Source: Pirellulales bacterium
GTDB taxonomy: Bacteria; Planctomycetota; Planctomycetia; Pirellulales; UBA1268
DNA: 64,000 nucleotides
NCBI GenBank assembly: GCA_018401745.1
Contig: JAGYJY010000026.1
Location: 6,927-70,926, forward strand
Direction of reading: 5' to 3'
Shown: positions 1 to 10,346 of the stretch, piece by piece
Position numbering within the stretch: position 1 is the stretch's first letter
Layout: each line of letters begins with the position of its first letter
Position numbers and translations under genes: made by a program
Notes under the pieces: generated by a model
What the model saw: the letters and a program-made list of their open reading frames with translations, nothing else
Told to the model about the DNA's origin: nothing
Databases searched by the model: none

Positions 1-1
1 C

Positions 2-1201
2 AGTCTTCCCCCCCTCTCTGCACGAGCCGCAGCCTCGCGGGGAGCGGAACGGCCCCGATCCCTGATCACGCTCTGGATGGCCGGCGGGCCGAGCCAGCTC
101 GAGACGTGGGATCCTCATCCGGGCGGCCTGATCGGTGGCCCCACGCAGGCGATTGCGACCAGCGTGCCCGACCTGCAGATTGCCGCGGGGCTTCCCCTGA
201 TGGCCGAGCGGATGGATCGCGTTTCGCTGATCCGGTCGCTGGTCAGCAAAGAGGGCGACCACGAGCGGGGCACCTACTTTGTGAAAACCGGCTACAGGCC
301 TGATCCGACGGTCCAGCATCCGGCAATCGGCGCGGTTCTCCCCTATCAGCTCGATGGCGAGGCGATTGCCGCTGGGCTGCAGATGCCGCTCTACGTCTCG
401 ATCGGCAACGGACAGTGGCCTGGCCGCGGTGGCTACCTCGGCGAGAAGTTTGACGCCTTTCGTGTGCCGAGCCCCGGCCGAGGCGTCGACAACCTGCGGG
501 CCGATGTGGAAGCGACGCGCAACGCTCGCCGGCTGGCTGGCCTCGAGCTGCTCTCGGGAACCTTCCGCCAGGGCCGCGAAGGCCATCCTGCCGCCACTCG
601 CCATAGTGAAACGGTGCACGATGCGCTCTCGCTGATGGCCTCCGAGCACCTCGCCGCCTTCGAAATCGACGACGAGCCGAAAGAGGTTTTGGCTCGCTAT
701 GGCGACAGCGACTTTGGCCGCGGCTGCCTGGTGGCCCGCCGGCTCGTGGAGGTGGGCGTGCGGTCGGTTGAGGTGACCCTCGGCAACTTCGACAGCCACG
801 CGGCAAACTTTTCGATTCATGACCGGCTCGTGGGCATGCTCGATCCTGCCATGGCAGCCTTGCTCGACGACCTGCGGGAGCGCGACCTGGAAGCCTCCAC
901 GATGGTGCTCTGCATTGGGGAGTTTGGCCGCACACCGTGGATCAATCCGCTCGATGGGCGAGACCACTGGCCCAGCGGCTTTTCTGCTGTGGTTGCCGGT
1001 GGCGGCATGCCAGCGGGCCGGGTGATCGGCCACACCGATCCCGAGGGCGGCGACAAACCCACAGACCCGATTCCCGTGCAGGATCTCTACGCCACCATTC
1101 TCTCGAGGTTTGGCATCGATCCGGCAGTGGAGCTGATGACGCCGGTGGGTCGCCCGCTGGCGATCTCTGATGGAAAGCCGATCGGCAAGCTGATGTCCTG
1201 A
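2..1201 (+). CDS. DUF1501 domain-containing protein (sulfatase-fold family); 5' end lies outside the window
   Basis: Frame is open from base 2 (SLITLWMAGGPSQLETWDP...), upstream of the listed ATG at 77. Motifs GGPSQxETWDP, GEFGRTP and GRDHWP match DUF1501 and the paralogue at 57087..58433. Confidence 0.8.
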   Translation, partial: SLPPLSARAAASRGAERPRSLITLWMAGGPSQLETWDPHPGGLIGGPTQAIATSVPDLQIAAGLPLMAERMDRVSLIRSLVSKEGDHERGTYFVKTGYRPDPTVQHPAIGAVLPYQLDGEAIAAGLQMPLYVSIGNGQWPGRGGYLGEKFDAFRVPSPGRGVDNLRADVEATRNARRLAGLELLSGTFRQGREGHPAATRHSETVHDALSLMASEHLAAFEIDDEPKEVLARYGDSDFGRGCLVARRLVEVGVRSVEVTLGNFDSHAANFSIHDRLVGMLDPAMAALLDDLRERDLEASTMVLCIGEFGRTPWINPLDGRDHWPSGFSAVVAGGGMPAGRVIGHTDPEGGDKPTDPIPVQDLYATILSRFGIDPAVELMTPVGRPLAISDGKPIGKLMS

Positions 1202-1338
1202 CAGGTTGGCGGCCAGAGCGACGCGACCGTGCCGCCTCACACACGCCTCACATGCAGCTGGCGAGGTCTCGCGGTGCGAGAGTGTCCTCGTGTAGTCTAT
1301 GGGGTGGAACTCCCCTCCGCTGAGGCCACCCACGCACC

Positions 1339-3600
1339 ATGGCACCAGACCAGGACCACGACGAAGAAGCCGGAGCGGCAGCGCAGCCCGTTGGAGAGTC
1401 GCCTGCCTCCGAGCTGCTCTCGAGCGCGACAGGGCTGTCTGCCCATGCGACGGACTTCGGTCTTGCCCCAAGCACCGACCACGGCGGTGAATCCGACACG
1501 ATCGCACCCAGCGACGATGATCCCCTGCTCGGGGCGAGTGTCGGCGATGTGATCATCGAGTCGATGATCGCCGAAGGGGGCATGGGCCGCGTCTACCGAG
1601 GTCGACAGACGCTGCCACCCAGGCCAGTCGCCGTGAAGTTTATGCGGCACGCCCGCACGGCCGTGCTTGCCGATCGCTTCCGCCAGGAAGTCGAGGTTCT
1701 CGGCAGGCTGGTGCACCCCAACATCGCGCAGATCTTCACCGCTGGCGACCACCGGCTTGGGCTGGAGCGGCTGCCCTACTTCGTGATGGAGTTCATCCCC
1801 GATGCCAGGACGCTGCTGCGGCACTGCATCAGGGCAGACCTCGACATCGTGCCCCGCCTCGAGCTCTTCCTCGATGCCTGCGACGCGGTGGCAGCCGGCC
1901 ACCGGCAGGGCATCGTGCACCGCGACCTCAAGCCGGGCAATATCCTCGTCGCCGGCGAGGCTCCCAGCGGCGGCAGCACTTCGTCGGCAATGGCGAGCCT
2001 GACCTTGGCGACGCACACCGCTCCAGCTGAGCAAGCCCGGAGCAGGCCCCGAAGCGAGCGGCCGCGAGTGAAAGTCATCGACTTCGGCATCGCCAAGGCA
2101 GCCACACCGGAGGCGCCGCAGGCAACGGGCTTCACGCAGACAGGTGAGTTTCTTGGCACCCGGCAGTACATGAGCCCAGAGCAGTTTGACGGTCGACCGG
2201 CGGAGATCGATGCCCAGAGCGACGTCTACTCCCTCGGCGTCGTCCTCCAGGAGCTCCTCACCGGGCAGCTGCCCCACGACCTGGCTGGCTGCTCGCTGGT
2301 GGAAACCGCCCGCATCGTGCAGGAGAGGCCTCCGCGGCCGCTGCGGTTTGCTGGCAAAAACCTCGACCGCAGGCTCCGCCGCGGCCTCCACACGGTGGTC
2401 GCCCGCTGCCTGGAGAAAAACCCTGCGGATCGCTACCCCGATGCCGATGCCTTGGCAAGCGACCTGCGGAGGCTGCTGGGCGGTGAAGACCTCGCGACAG
2501 CAGGGCCCATCGCGCGGCTCCTGCGAAAGGCGAAGCGCAGACCCGTGGTGATCGCAGCCGCTGTGATGGTCGCCGTGGTCGGCGTCACGATTGCAGCCGT
2601 CAACCAGAACGCCTTGCGAACCGACAGCTCGGCAAGCGGTTCCCGACCATCCTCCTCAGCCTCGCCGGCGAGCCTCGTTCCTGGAGGGATTAACACCAAT
2701 GTCACCAGTGGTCGAACAACTCCGCTGGAGTGGATTCAGCTTCACTTCGAAGAACCGCTTGCTGCTCCACTCACCGCAGCCAATTTCGCGCTCAGCAGAA
2801 ACGGTGCGCCTGTTGCACTCACGGGCGTCACGCTGACGTTGGCAGGTGATCGCGACAAGATATGGTTTGTCGAAGGCCTCGGCCCCCTCAACGCTCAGGA
2901 GGGCGACTACGAACTCAGGCTCGTCGAGACGGCAACCGCGCCGCTCGATGCCGAGGGCCAGCGCTACGAGGGAGTCACCTCCGTCACGTGGACGATGCCC
3001 CCCTTCACCACCTTTCGCTTCAACCTCGAGGACGAGAACTGGGATGACCACGTTGTCTCGATCGAAGGGCTGGAGTGGTATCGTGAGCAGACAGCAAGAG
3101 TCCCCAACATTTTCATTCGCCCCACGGAAGTCGGTGTGGAGGGGACGATCGTGATGCGGTTTCCGGTCGACTTTCCGATCCACGCCGCATCGCTGACCGC
3201 CGTCGCAGACGTCTGGACCACCGGCGACCCATTCCCGTACGACCCGGGAGCCTGGGCCTTTCTCGATGTCTCGCCAGATGGCGAAACCTGGACCAACCTG
3301 ATCACCCGCGGGCCCAACCGCGGCCTTGATCGCCAGCCACCCTTCGACATCCTGCCCGCCGTAGAGGGCTCTCAGGAGGTGTGGGTGCGGGCCAAGCTGA
3401 CCGGCACCAAAGAATGGCCGGAAGATGGCATCACCTTTGCCCAGTTTCTCCGCACCAAAGTCGGGGATCCTCTGAAGGTGTTTCGGCTCGACCTCACAGG
3501 GCCGCATCCACCGGTCATCCCGCCACCGAAGAATCAGCCGAAACCAGCGAGCGAGCCCGCGGTCGCGGCGAGCGATGTGGCTGGCTCAAGCCCGCGCTGA
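1339..3600 (+). CDS. Serine/threonine protein kinase (Hanks type) with TM segment and large uncharacterised C-terminal domain
   Basis: Kinase motifs EGGMGRVY, VAVKF, HRDLKPGNIL, DFGIAK and SPEQ. A TM helix (VVIAAAVMVAVVGVTIAAV) is followed by about 330 aa with no motif I recognise. Confidence 0.85.
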   Translation: MAPDQDHDEEAGAAAQPVGESPASELLSSATGLSAHATDFGLAPSTDHGGESDTIAPSDDDPLLGASVGDVIIESMIAEGGMGRVYRGRQTLPPRPVAVKFMRHARTAVLADRFRQEVEVLGRLVHPNIAQIFTAGDHRLGLERLPYFVMEFIPDARTLLRHCIRADLDIVPRLELFLDACDAVAAGHRQGIVHRDLKPGNILVAGEAPSGGSTSSAMASLTLATHTAPAEQARSRPRSERPRVKVIDFGIAKAATPEAPQATGFTQTGEFLGTRQYMSPEQFDGRPAEIDAQSDVYSLGVVLQELLTGQLPHDLAGCSLVETARIVQERPPRPLRFAGKNLDRRLRRGLHTVVARCLEKNPADRYPDADALASDLRRLLGGEDLATAGPIARLLRKAKRRPVVIAAAVMVAVVGVTIAAVNQNALRTDSSASGSRPSSSASPASLVPGGINTNVTSGRTTPLEWIQLHFEEPLAAPLTAANFALSRNGAPVALTGVTLTLAGDRDKIWFVEGLGPLNAQEGDYELRLVETATAPLDAEGQRYEGVTSVTWTMPPFTTFRFNLEDENWDDHVVSIEGLEWYREQTARVPNIFIRPTEVGVEGTIVMRFPVDFPIHAASLTAVADVWTTGDPFPYDPGAWAFLDVSPDGETWTNLITRGPNRGLDRQPPFDILPAVEGSQEVWVRAKLTGTKEWPEDGITFAQFLRTKVGDPLKVFRLDLTGPHPPVIPPPKNQPKPASEPAVAASDVAGSSPR

Positions 3601-3675
3601 TTCCATCGGGCTCGACCGCCGCTGCTGCACCAGCACCGGCAGCGGCCGGCGGAAGCACCGGGTTGAAGCGATGTC

Positions 3676-4968
3676 TCAGCGGCCCGACGCCATCAACGCC
3701 TCGATGTCGTCGGCTTCCAGCGGAATATCCGCCATCAGGTCGACCGGCCCACCTTCGGTCACGAGGATGTCGTTCTCCAGCCGAATCCCGATGCCTTCCT
3801 CAGGAAGATAGAGCCCCGGCTCCACGGTCAGCACCCAGCCGGGCTCAAACCGCTGCTCGCGGGGCACCACATCGTGCACATCAAGCCCCATCGAGTGGCC
3901 GAGGCCGTGCATGAAAAACTTGAAGCAGGCGGGCTTCTCCTCGGTCGCCTTGGCGACATCCTCAGCCGTGATCATCCCCAGCTCAAGCAGCTCTTCGGTC
4001 ATCTGCTCCCGCGCCGCCCGCGTCCAGTCGCGGTGCAGCGTGCCCACCGTGGCCCTGGCAATCGACGACACCAGCACCCGCCGCACCGCCTCGTAGAGCT
4101 CCCGCTGGCGTGGGCTGAAGCGGCCGTTCACCGGCAGCACCCGCGTCAGGTCAGCGCAGTAGTTGGCGTAGCTCGCCCCCACATCCACCAGCAGCAGGTC
4201 GCCATCGCAGCACTCGCCATCATTGGCGATGTAGTGCAAGACGCAGGCATGGCCGCCACTCGCCACGATCGGCGTGTAGGCCATCTTGGCCTTTTGCCGC
4301 GTGAACTCATGGAGATATTCCGCCTCCACCTCATGCTCGCCAACACCCGGCTTGAGCATCCGGGCCACCCGTTCGAAGCCGTCTTTGGTGATCGCACAGG
4401 CTCGCTTGATCAGTTCGATCTCAACGGGGCTCTTCACCGCCCGCAGCCGGTGCAGGAGCGGAGCCAGCCGCTCGTAGCGGTGCAGGGGATACCGCTGCAT
4501 CAGCCTGCGGCCCAGCCGTTCATCTCGCGACTCGACCTCGACCGCCGCACGATCGTGCTCGTTGGCATTGAGAAACACCGTGTCGCTCGTGCACATCAGC
4601 CGATGCAGCACGCCAGGCAGCTCCTCGATCCAGCGGATCTTCTCAATGCCCGAGATCGCGGTCGCCTCGTCTTTGCTGTGGGAATGGCCATCCCAGAGAG
4701 CCTTTGTCTCTGACGGCTGCCGCACGAAGAGCATCTCGCGGAGCGACGGCTCGGTGGCATCGGGGGCCAGCACCAACACGCTCTCCTCCTGCTCGATGCC
4801 GGTGAGATAGAAGAGATCGGGGGCGGGATGCAGCGGCCGCACGCCGTCCGCCGAGGTCGGCACGGTGTCGGCGGCATGCACGATGACGACCGCATGCGGC
4901 GGCAGCAGAGCCCGCAGCCGGTCTCGGTGGCTTGTGAAGACCTGAGAGTCGATGGGTGCATGGCGCAT
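3676..4968 (-). CDS. pepP: Xaa-Pro aminopeptidase (peptidase M24B)
   Basis: M24 metal-ligand motifs (LLLVDVGASY, HGLGHSMGLDVHD, VEPGLYLPE, ENDILV). Start placed at ATG 4968 (MRHAPIDSQVF) because the 63 upstream codons of the 3676..5157 ORF are Arg/Gly-rich filler. Confidence 0.8.
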   Translation of the reverse strand: MRHAPIDSQVFTSHRDRLRALLPPHAVVIVHAADTVPTSADGVRPLHPAPDLFYLTGIEQEESVLVLAPDATEPSLREMLFVRQPSETKALWDGHSHSKDEATAISGIEKIRWIEELPGVLHRLMCTSDTVFLNANEHDRAAVEVESRDERLGRRLMQRYPLHRYERLAPLLHRLRAVKSPVEIELIKRACAITKDGFERVARMLKPGVGEHEVEAEYLHEFTRQKAKMAYTPIVASGGHACVLHYIANDGECCDGDLLLVDVGASYANYCADLTRVLPVNGRFSPRQRELYEAVRRVLVSSIARATVGTLHRDWTRAAREQMTEELLELGMITAEDVAKATEEKPACFKFFMHGLGHSMGLDVHDVVPREQRFEPGWVLTVEPGLYLPEEGIGIRLENDILVTEGGPVDLMADIPLEADDIEALMASGR

Positions 4969-5083
4969 GATGGTCAGCAGGCCTCCAAACGGATGACGTC
5001 GTCTTGGTATGCTCAGAGCAAGGAAGCCACCGTGCGGGGCGGTGGCTCGCTCATGCTGCTGGAGTGTGGCGAAACCCCTGCCG

Positions 5084-6091
5084 ATGTCAACGCACCGAAA
5101 CCCTGATCCACGGCGGCGGATGCCCGCGCCGCCCGGCAGACGCCCATCGCCAGTCACCGCTTCCCGGCATCAGCCGGCAGTCAACCAAGCGACCAGGCCA
5201 CCCCCGCCACCTCCGGCCGCTCACGGGATACCTGAGAACGTGCCCGTGGTGCCTGCCGTTCGTCCCCGTCGACGACGGCGGTCCCGGGGCAGCCCGGCGG
5301 CGACCGCCGTGATCGGGCTGGCGATCGCCGTGACAGCCTTTGGATTGTGGGTGGTGTGGCGACAGGTGCAGCCACCCGCACCGCAAGCCCCATCCGCTAC
5401 CGCTCCGCCGGCCGACGCTGTGGCCGCACACACACCGGGCACGGCCGCTCGAGCCCCCGATGCTGCTCCCGACGTGGGCACACAGGTTCCGTCACCTCCG
5501 CGGATGGCTCGCCCTCCCCGCACGCCGCCACCACCTCCCCCACCTGCTGCGCAGCCCGTTCCGCCGCCACTGCCAGCGGTCGACGACGAGATTGCCGCAG
5601 CGTTCGCCGCCATGAAGGCGGGTGACTTCACGGCAGCCGATCAGGCGTTGCAGGCAGCGGACGCGAAAGCCGGCCAGAGCTCCGCTGCTGAGCGTGTGGC
5701 CGCCTGGAAAGAACTGCTGCACCACGCCCGTGGCTACAAAGACCTGCAGACGCAGGCCCTCGACGATGTCGCCAGCGGCAACGAATACGACATCGACTCA
5801 GGAAAGCTCGCCATCGTGGAGAGCACGGCAGACCGGCTCGTCTACCTCTACAAGGGCACCACCCAGCGGCTCGACCGCGACAAACTTCCATCGCAGGTCG
5901 TCAACGCCATCGTCAGCGATTGGCTCGACGATCGCCCTGCCAACATGCTCTACGTCGGAGCCCACGAGTTTACGAAGCAGCCGCCCGACCTCGCTGCCGC
6001 ACGGCAGGCCTGGGACACGGCGGCGGGCGGCGGAGCCGAGGCCTCCTTGTTGCGCTCACTTCTCGACGATCCAGCGGTCGCTGCCCCTTGA
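5084..6091 (+). CDS. Hypothetical proline-rich, membrane-anchored protein
   Basis: ORF 5009..6091. It has a basic/Pro-rich N-terminus, one TM helix (AVIGLAIAVTAFGLWVVW), a poly-Pro linker, then a normally composed C-terminal domain of about 170 aa. Start (ATG 5084 or 5120) is uncertain. Confidence 0.45.
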   Translation: MSTHRNPDPRRRMPAPPGRRPSPVTASRHQPAVNQATRPPPPPPAAHGIPENVPVVPAVRPRRRRRSRGSPAATAVIGLAIAVTAFGLWVVWRQVQPPAPQAPSATAPPADAVAAHTPGTAARAPDAAPDVGTQVPSPPRMARPPRTPPPPPPPAAQPVPPPLPAVDDEIAAAFAAMKAGDFTAADQALQAADAKAGQSSAAERVAAWKELLHHARGYKDLQTQALDDVASGNEYDIDSGKLAIVESTADRLVYLYKGTTQRLDRDKLPSQVVNAIVSDWLDDRPANMLYVGAHEFTKQPPDLAAARQAWDTAAGGGAEASLLRSLLDDPAVAAP

Positions 6092-6104
6092 GCCGCGACT
6101 CCGG

Positions 6105-7412
6105 CTACAGCATCGCTTCGAGCACTGGCGTCAGGCTCTCCGCGGTCATCTCCACAGGATTGCCCCGCATGCTGTTGCCGCCGGAGTTTTCCGCGAGCCA
6201 GGTGATCATCGAAGGCTCCACGCCCACCGCCGAGAGCCGCCGCGGCCCCCCCACCGCATCGCAGAGTCGCTCGATGCGATCCAGAAAACGGGTGGCCGCA
6301 GCGAGGTCATCCTGCGGTGCGTTCCCTCCCATCAGCCGTTCCAGCGCGGCATAGTCGCCGGCGGCCTGCTTCAGATTGACGCGAATCGACGCCGGCAGCA
6401 TCACCGCACAGGCCTCGCCATGCGACGCGCCGCAGGCAATCCCGAGGGCCGCGGCAACGCCATGCGCCATCCCGAGCCCAGCGTTGGCAAGCGCAATCCC
6501 TGAGAGCAACGCTGCATGGCTCATCGCTTCCCGGGCGGCCCGCTCGGCCTCGCTGACAGCTCTCCCTGCCTCTGGTGTCGCTGCCGCCGCCACAACCACC
6601 GGCAGCGCCCGCAGGGCATCGGCGAGGGCCGACTGGGCGATCGCACGGGTCACCGGCGTCGCACGCCGGCAGACAAACGACTCCACCAGCTGCGTGATGG
6701 CATCCAGCCCAGACGCTGCCGCCACGCGAGCAGGACTCGAGAGCGTCAGCTGCGGATCCACGAGCACTGCCCGCGGAACCATCAACGGACTGCGAAGGCT
6801 CTTTTTGAAGCCACGACGCGGGCATGAGATGACCGCATTGCGAGTGGCCTCGGCCCCGGTGCCAGCCGTCGTGGGAACAGCCACCAACGGCGGTGGCGGA
6901 CAACGAATCGGCAGCCCCCGACCGACGCCCTCCAGATGGTCCACAACAAAGTCTTCCCAGGCGTCGCGATGCTGAGGTGGGTTGGCCGCATCGACATTCG
7001 CTGCCAGGGCTGCCGCGGCCTTGGCCAGATCGATCGTGGCCCCGCCGCCAACGGCGACCACCACGGCCCCGTTGAGATCCCGTGCCGCAAGCTCGCTGGC
7101 CGCGGCGGCAGTGTCTGCCACAGTTGGCTCAAAAGCAGAGCGGGCCACCACCTCCCACTCGATACCAGCCTGGGGCAGGATCTCCGCCACCACCGCCTCC
7201 GCGCCGCTCTCCTGAAAGCTCGTTCGACCCACCACAAACACCGCCCGCCTGCCGAGCGCCGCGATCACCTCCGCAAGCTCCGCGAGCCGGCCCCAGCCGA
7301 AGCGGATCGACGGCGGAAAGGCGAGGTCGTAGCGGCCGAGAGCTGCCAGCGGTTCGTGTCGTTCGTGTGCTGCCTGGAGCGGGCTGGGCTGAGGCGAGTG
7401 GGGATCGTGCAT
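6105..7412 (-). CDS. Iron-containing alcohol dehydrogenase family oxidoreductase
   Basis: Fe-ADH motifs VAVGGGATIDLAKAAA, VPTTAGTGAEATRNAV and GMAHGVAAALG..SHGEA. Start set to ATG 7412 (MHDPHSP). Divergent from aroA. Confidence 0.75.
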   Translation of the reverse strand: MHDPHSPQPSPLQAAHERHEPLAALGRYDLAFPPSIRFGWGRLAELAEVIAALGRRAVFVVGRTSFQESGAEAVVAEILPQAGIEWEVVARSAFEPTVADTAAAASELAARDLNGAVVVAVGGGATIDLAKAAAALAANVDAANPPQHRDAWEDFVVDHLEGVGRGLPIRCPPPPLVAVPTTAGTGAEATRNAVISCPRRGFKKSLRSPLMVPRAVLVDPQLTLSSPARVAAASGLDAITQLVESFVCRRATPVTRAIAQSALADALRALPVVVAAAATPEAGRAVSEAERAAREAMSHAALLSGIALANAGLGMAHGVAAALGIACGASHGEACAVMLPASIRVNLKQAAGDYAALERLMGGNAPQDDLAAATRFLDRIERLCDAVGGPRRLSAVGVEPSMITWLAENSGGNSMRGNPVEMTAESLTPVLEAML

Positions 7413-7488
7413 GGGCGTATGGGATCTCCTCGGAGGCTGCTGGAGGCTACTATGTCGGCTTCGCGGAGTTCGTCCACCCTCCCCCAGC

Positions 7489-8796
7489 ATGCCACCGATG
7501 CCCGACGCTGTTCTGATCCCCACGATTCCTCATCCCATCACGGGCCGCTTTCAGCCTCCCGGCTCCAAAAGCATCACAAACCGGGCTGTCATCGTGGCTG
7601 CCGCGGCCACGGGAACAAGCCAGCTCACCGGCGTGCTCGACAGTGACGACACCCGCGTAATGGCTGCCGGCCTCGCCCAGCTTGGGGTCGCTATCGAGAC
7701 CGATTGGCCTGCGGCCCGGATGACGATTGAGGGCTGCGGCGGCAGGCTCCCGGCAGCCACCGCCGTGATCGACTGCCGCGCCAGTGGAACCACGATGCGG
7801 TTTCTCACGGCCCTCTGCAGCCTGGGCACAGGCCCCTATCGGCTCGACGGCACCGCCCGCATGCGACAGCGGCCGATCGGTGACCTGCTCGACGCCCTCG
7901 GCCAGCTCGGCCTCCAGGCCCGCGCCGAAAGCCCAGGTCGCTGCCCGCCGGTTACCATTGCCGGAGGGCCACCCACAGCAGTTGAAACAGCTGGCCTGAC
8001 CGTCCGCGGCGACATCTCCAGCCAGTTTGCCAGCGGCCTGGCGATGATCGGCCCCTGCCTGGCTGGCGGCCTGCGGATCTCCTTTGCCGGTGAGCTCGTG
8101 TCGTGGCCCTACCTGGAGATGACCGACCGGGTGATGCACGCCTTTGGCAGCAGCTCGACCCTCAGCCACGACACCTGGGATATTCAGGCTTCTGGCTACC
8201 GCGGCCGCGACTACGCGATCGAGCCCGACGCCTCGGCGGCCAGCTATTTTCTCGCAATGGCCGCACTCACTGGCGGCAGCATGCGGATTGATGGCCTCGG
8301 CAGGGAGAGCCTCCAGGGAGACGTTGGCTTTGCCGAAGCCCTCGGCGAGATGGGCTGCGAGGTCCTCTGGCATGCCAACGCGATCGAGATTCGCGGCCGA
8401 GCCTCCCGCGGCATCGAGATCGACATGAACGCGATCAGCGACACGGTTCCTACGCTCGCCGTGGTCGCCTGCTTCGCTGAAAGCCCCACGGTGATTCGCA
8501 ACGTGCGGCACATCCGCGACAAGGAAACCGACCGGATCAGCGACCTCGCCCGCGAACTCCGCAAGCTTGGCGGCAACATCGACGAACACGACGACGGACT
8601 GCAGATCACACCCGCTCCGCTGCACGCCGCTCGCCTTGCCACCTACGACGACCATCGCATGGCGATGAGCCTCTCGCTGGCCGGCCTCCGCACCGAGGGT
8701 GTCGTCATTGAAGATCCGGCCTGCGTTGGCAAGACCTTCCCTGGCTACTGGGAAGCGTTCGCGGCAGTTACCGGAAAGCCGTGCTTGCCGGCGTAG
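7489..8796 (+). CDS. aroA: 3-phosphoshikimate 1-carboxyvinyltransferase (EPSP synthase)
   Basis: Motifs PGSKSITNRA, GTTMRFL, DHRMAMSLSLAGL and full-length collinearity with EPSP synthases. Start at ATG 7489 (MPPMPDAVLIP) inside ORF 7411..8796. Confidence 0.9.
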   Translation: MPPMPDAVLIPTIPHPITGRFQPPGSKSITNRAVIVAAAATGTSQLTGVLDSDDTRVMAAGLAQLGVAIETDWPAARMTIEGCGGRLPAATAVIDCRASGTTMRFLTALCSLGTGPYRLDGTARMRQRPIGDLLDALGQLGLQARAESPGRCPPVTIAGGPPTAVETAGLTVRGDISSQFASGLAMIGPCLAGGLRISFAGELVSWPYLEMTDRVMHAFGSSSTLSHDTWDIQASGYRGRDYAIEPDASAASYFLAMAALTGGSMRIDGLGRESLQGDVGFAEALGEMGCEVLWHANAIEIRGRASRGIEIDMNAISDTVPTLAVVACFAESPTVIRNVRHIRDKETDRISDLARELRKLGGNIDEHDDGLQITPAPLHAARLATYDDHRMAMSLSLAGLRTEGVVIEDPACVGKTFPGYWEAFAAVTGKPCLPA

Positions 8797-9127
8797 CGAT
8801 CGCCGCCGCGGGCTCCTCAGCATCGACAGATGACCGAGCCCGTGCCAGCAGGTCGTTGGCTCGCTCGATCAGGTCATCGACGAGAGGAACCGAAGCGGCT
8901 GGCTCACCGTCGGCCATCGACGGGTCGGTCGCGACGAAACTCCCCTGGCAGTGCTGGCAATACACCTGGCGGCCCAGCAATGAAACGCGGACCCGAACAA
9001 CGCGGCCACACACCGGGCAATGCTGATGGAAAAAGACTGGAGACCTTACCATGCCACCCTCCGTGCTCGATGCCTCGACGACTCGATTCGCAACTGAAAT
9101 CACCACGCTCGCCATCTGCCAGAGCAA
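8768..9127 (-). CDS. Hypothetical zinc-ribbon protein
   Basis: CPVCG...17 aa...CQHCQG zinc-ribbon pattern followed by an acidic helical tail. Overlaps the aroA 3' end by 29 nt (convergent). The start may instead be ATG 9052. Confidence 0.4.
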   Translation of the reverse strand: MLWQMASVVISVANRVVEASSTEGGMVRSPVFFHQHCPVCGRVVRVRVSLLGRQVYCQHCQGSFVATDPSMADGEPAASVPLVDDLIERANDLLARARSSVDAEEPAAAIATPASTAFR

Positions 9128-9422
9128 ACTCCCACAGCAATGGCAAACAGCGATCCCAGATGCGTTCGGTGATGGTTCCCTCCCAACGAAGAGACATCCT
9201 CTCTTCGCCGCTGCGTACTGTACCGAGTTGGAACCAATCTGCCAAACAGGATTTCCTCAACCGCCCCTTCCTGACGTGTTCTAGGCAGGTCTTTCAGATC
9301 TGACCACGGTTGGAGCCTGTCCGCCCTTGTGGACGAGGCGGTACCATGCGTCGGTCATGCCGCAGCCTGAAAACCACCGCTGCCATGCGTCCCGTTGAAA
9401 CTTGCCGTGTGGATGCCCTGCG

Positions 9423-10346
9423 ATGCTGCGAAGGCCCTGGATCGCAACGCTTGTCGTCATCTTTTGGGCTGCGTCGACCGGCTGGCTGGTGAGCCAGAAG
9501 ATTGCCCCGCTCCTTTTCACCGGAGATCCGCCAACGACGCACTTCGTTCCTGAAGACCGCGACGCCCCCGTGGCATGGACCGTGTTTTGGAACGACGAGA
9601 TTGTGGGCTGGGCGTTGAGCGAGTGTCAGCCACGGGAGCCGGCGACAAACGGCTGGGTGATCACCACGCGGCTGCGTCTTGACGATCTTCCGCTGGAGGA
9701 GCTTCTGCCAGACTGGGTGAAAAAGCTCGCTGGGGCCTCGCTTGCCGCGGAAACGCCCCTCGTCCTCGATACAGCCGGAGAGCTCTGGCTCGCCCCCGAC
9801 GGCAACCTGGAGCAGTTTGAATCGAAGGTGTTTCTCCCTGAGCTCGGCCAGCGGGTGGTGATTCGAGGGGCTGTCGAGGGCCAGGACGTCGCCATCACGG
9901 TGCGGAGCCGAGATTTTATGTACGAGACCAAACGCCAGCTGCCGGAGAGCGGCATGCTCGGCGATGAACTCTCACCACAGGCCATGCTGCCGGGGCTGAC
10001 CGTCGGCCGACGCTGGACGGTGCCCGTGTACAACCCGCTGAGCTTTACCGGCTCACCGCTGTCCGTGCTGCATGCTCATGTCGAGGGCGAGGTCACACTG
10101 TTCTGGGAAGATCGCATTGTGCGTCCGCTGCTCGTTGCCTATCGCGACGATCCAGCGGCCTACCGCGAACCCCGCGTGCGGCTGTGGGTGGACCGCGACG
10201 GCCGAGTGCTCAAGCAGGAGTCGTTGATGCTCGGCTCAACCCTCGCCTTCGTACGGCGCAGCGACAACGATGCCCGCATGCTCGCTCGCACCGCACCGCC
10301 TGTCGCATCCGGCCGCCCGGGCAGTGGCATCAGGGGGTCGCCATGA
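9423..10346 (+). CDS. Hypothetical N-terminally membrane-anchored protein, first gene of an ABC-exporter-like operon
   Basis: ATG 9423 (MLRRPWIATLVVIFWAASTGWLV = signal anchor). Its stop overlaps the ATG of the ABC ATPase gene (ATGA at 10343-10346). Confidence 0.55.
   Translation: MLRRPWIATLVVIFWAASTGWLVSQKIAPLLFTGDPPTTHFVPEDRDAPVAWTVFWNDEIVGWALSECQPREPATNGWVITTRLRLDDLPLEELLPDWVKKLAGASLAAETPLVLDTAGELWLAPDGNLEQFESKVFLPELGQRVVIRGAVEGQDVAITVRSRDFMYETKRQLPESGMLGDELSPQAMLPGLTVGRRWTVPVYNPLSFTGSPLSVLHAHVEGEVTLFWEDRIVRPLLVAYRDDPAAYREPRVRLWVDRDGRVLKQESLMLGSTLAFVRRSDNDARMLARTAPPVASGRPGSGIRGSP

Noticed and set aside
1297-2391. 364-aa ORF antisense to the Ser/Thr kinase gene
   Set aside because: Shadow ORF typical of high-GC DNA. 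The sequence is Arg/Ala/Gly-rich with no motifs, whereas the opposite strand carries complete kinase motifs.
7450-8823. 457-aa ORF antisense to aroA
   Set aside because: Antisense shadow ORF; aroA on the + strand has full-length family similarity.
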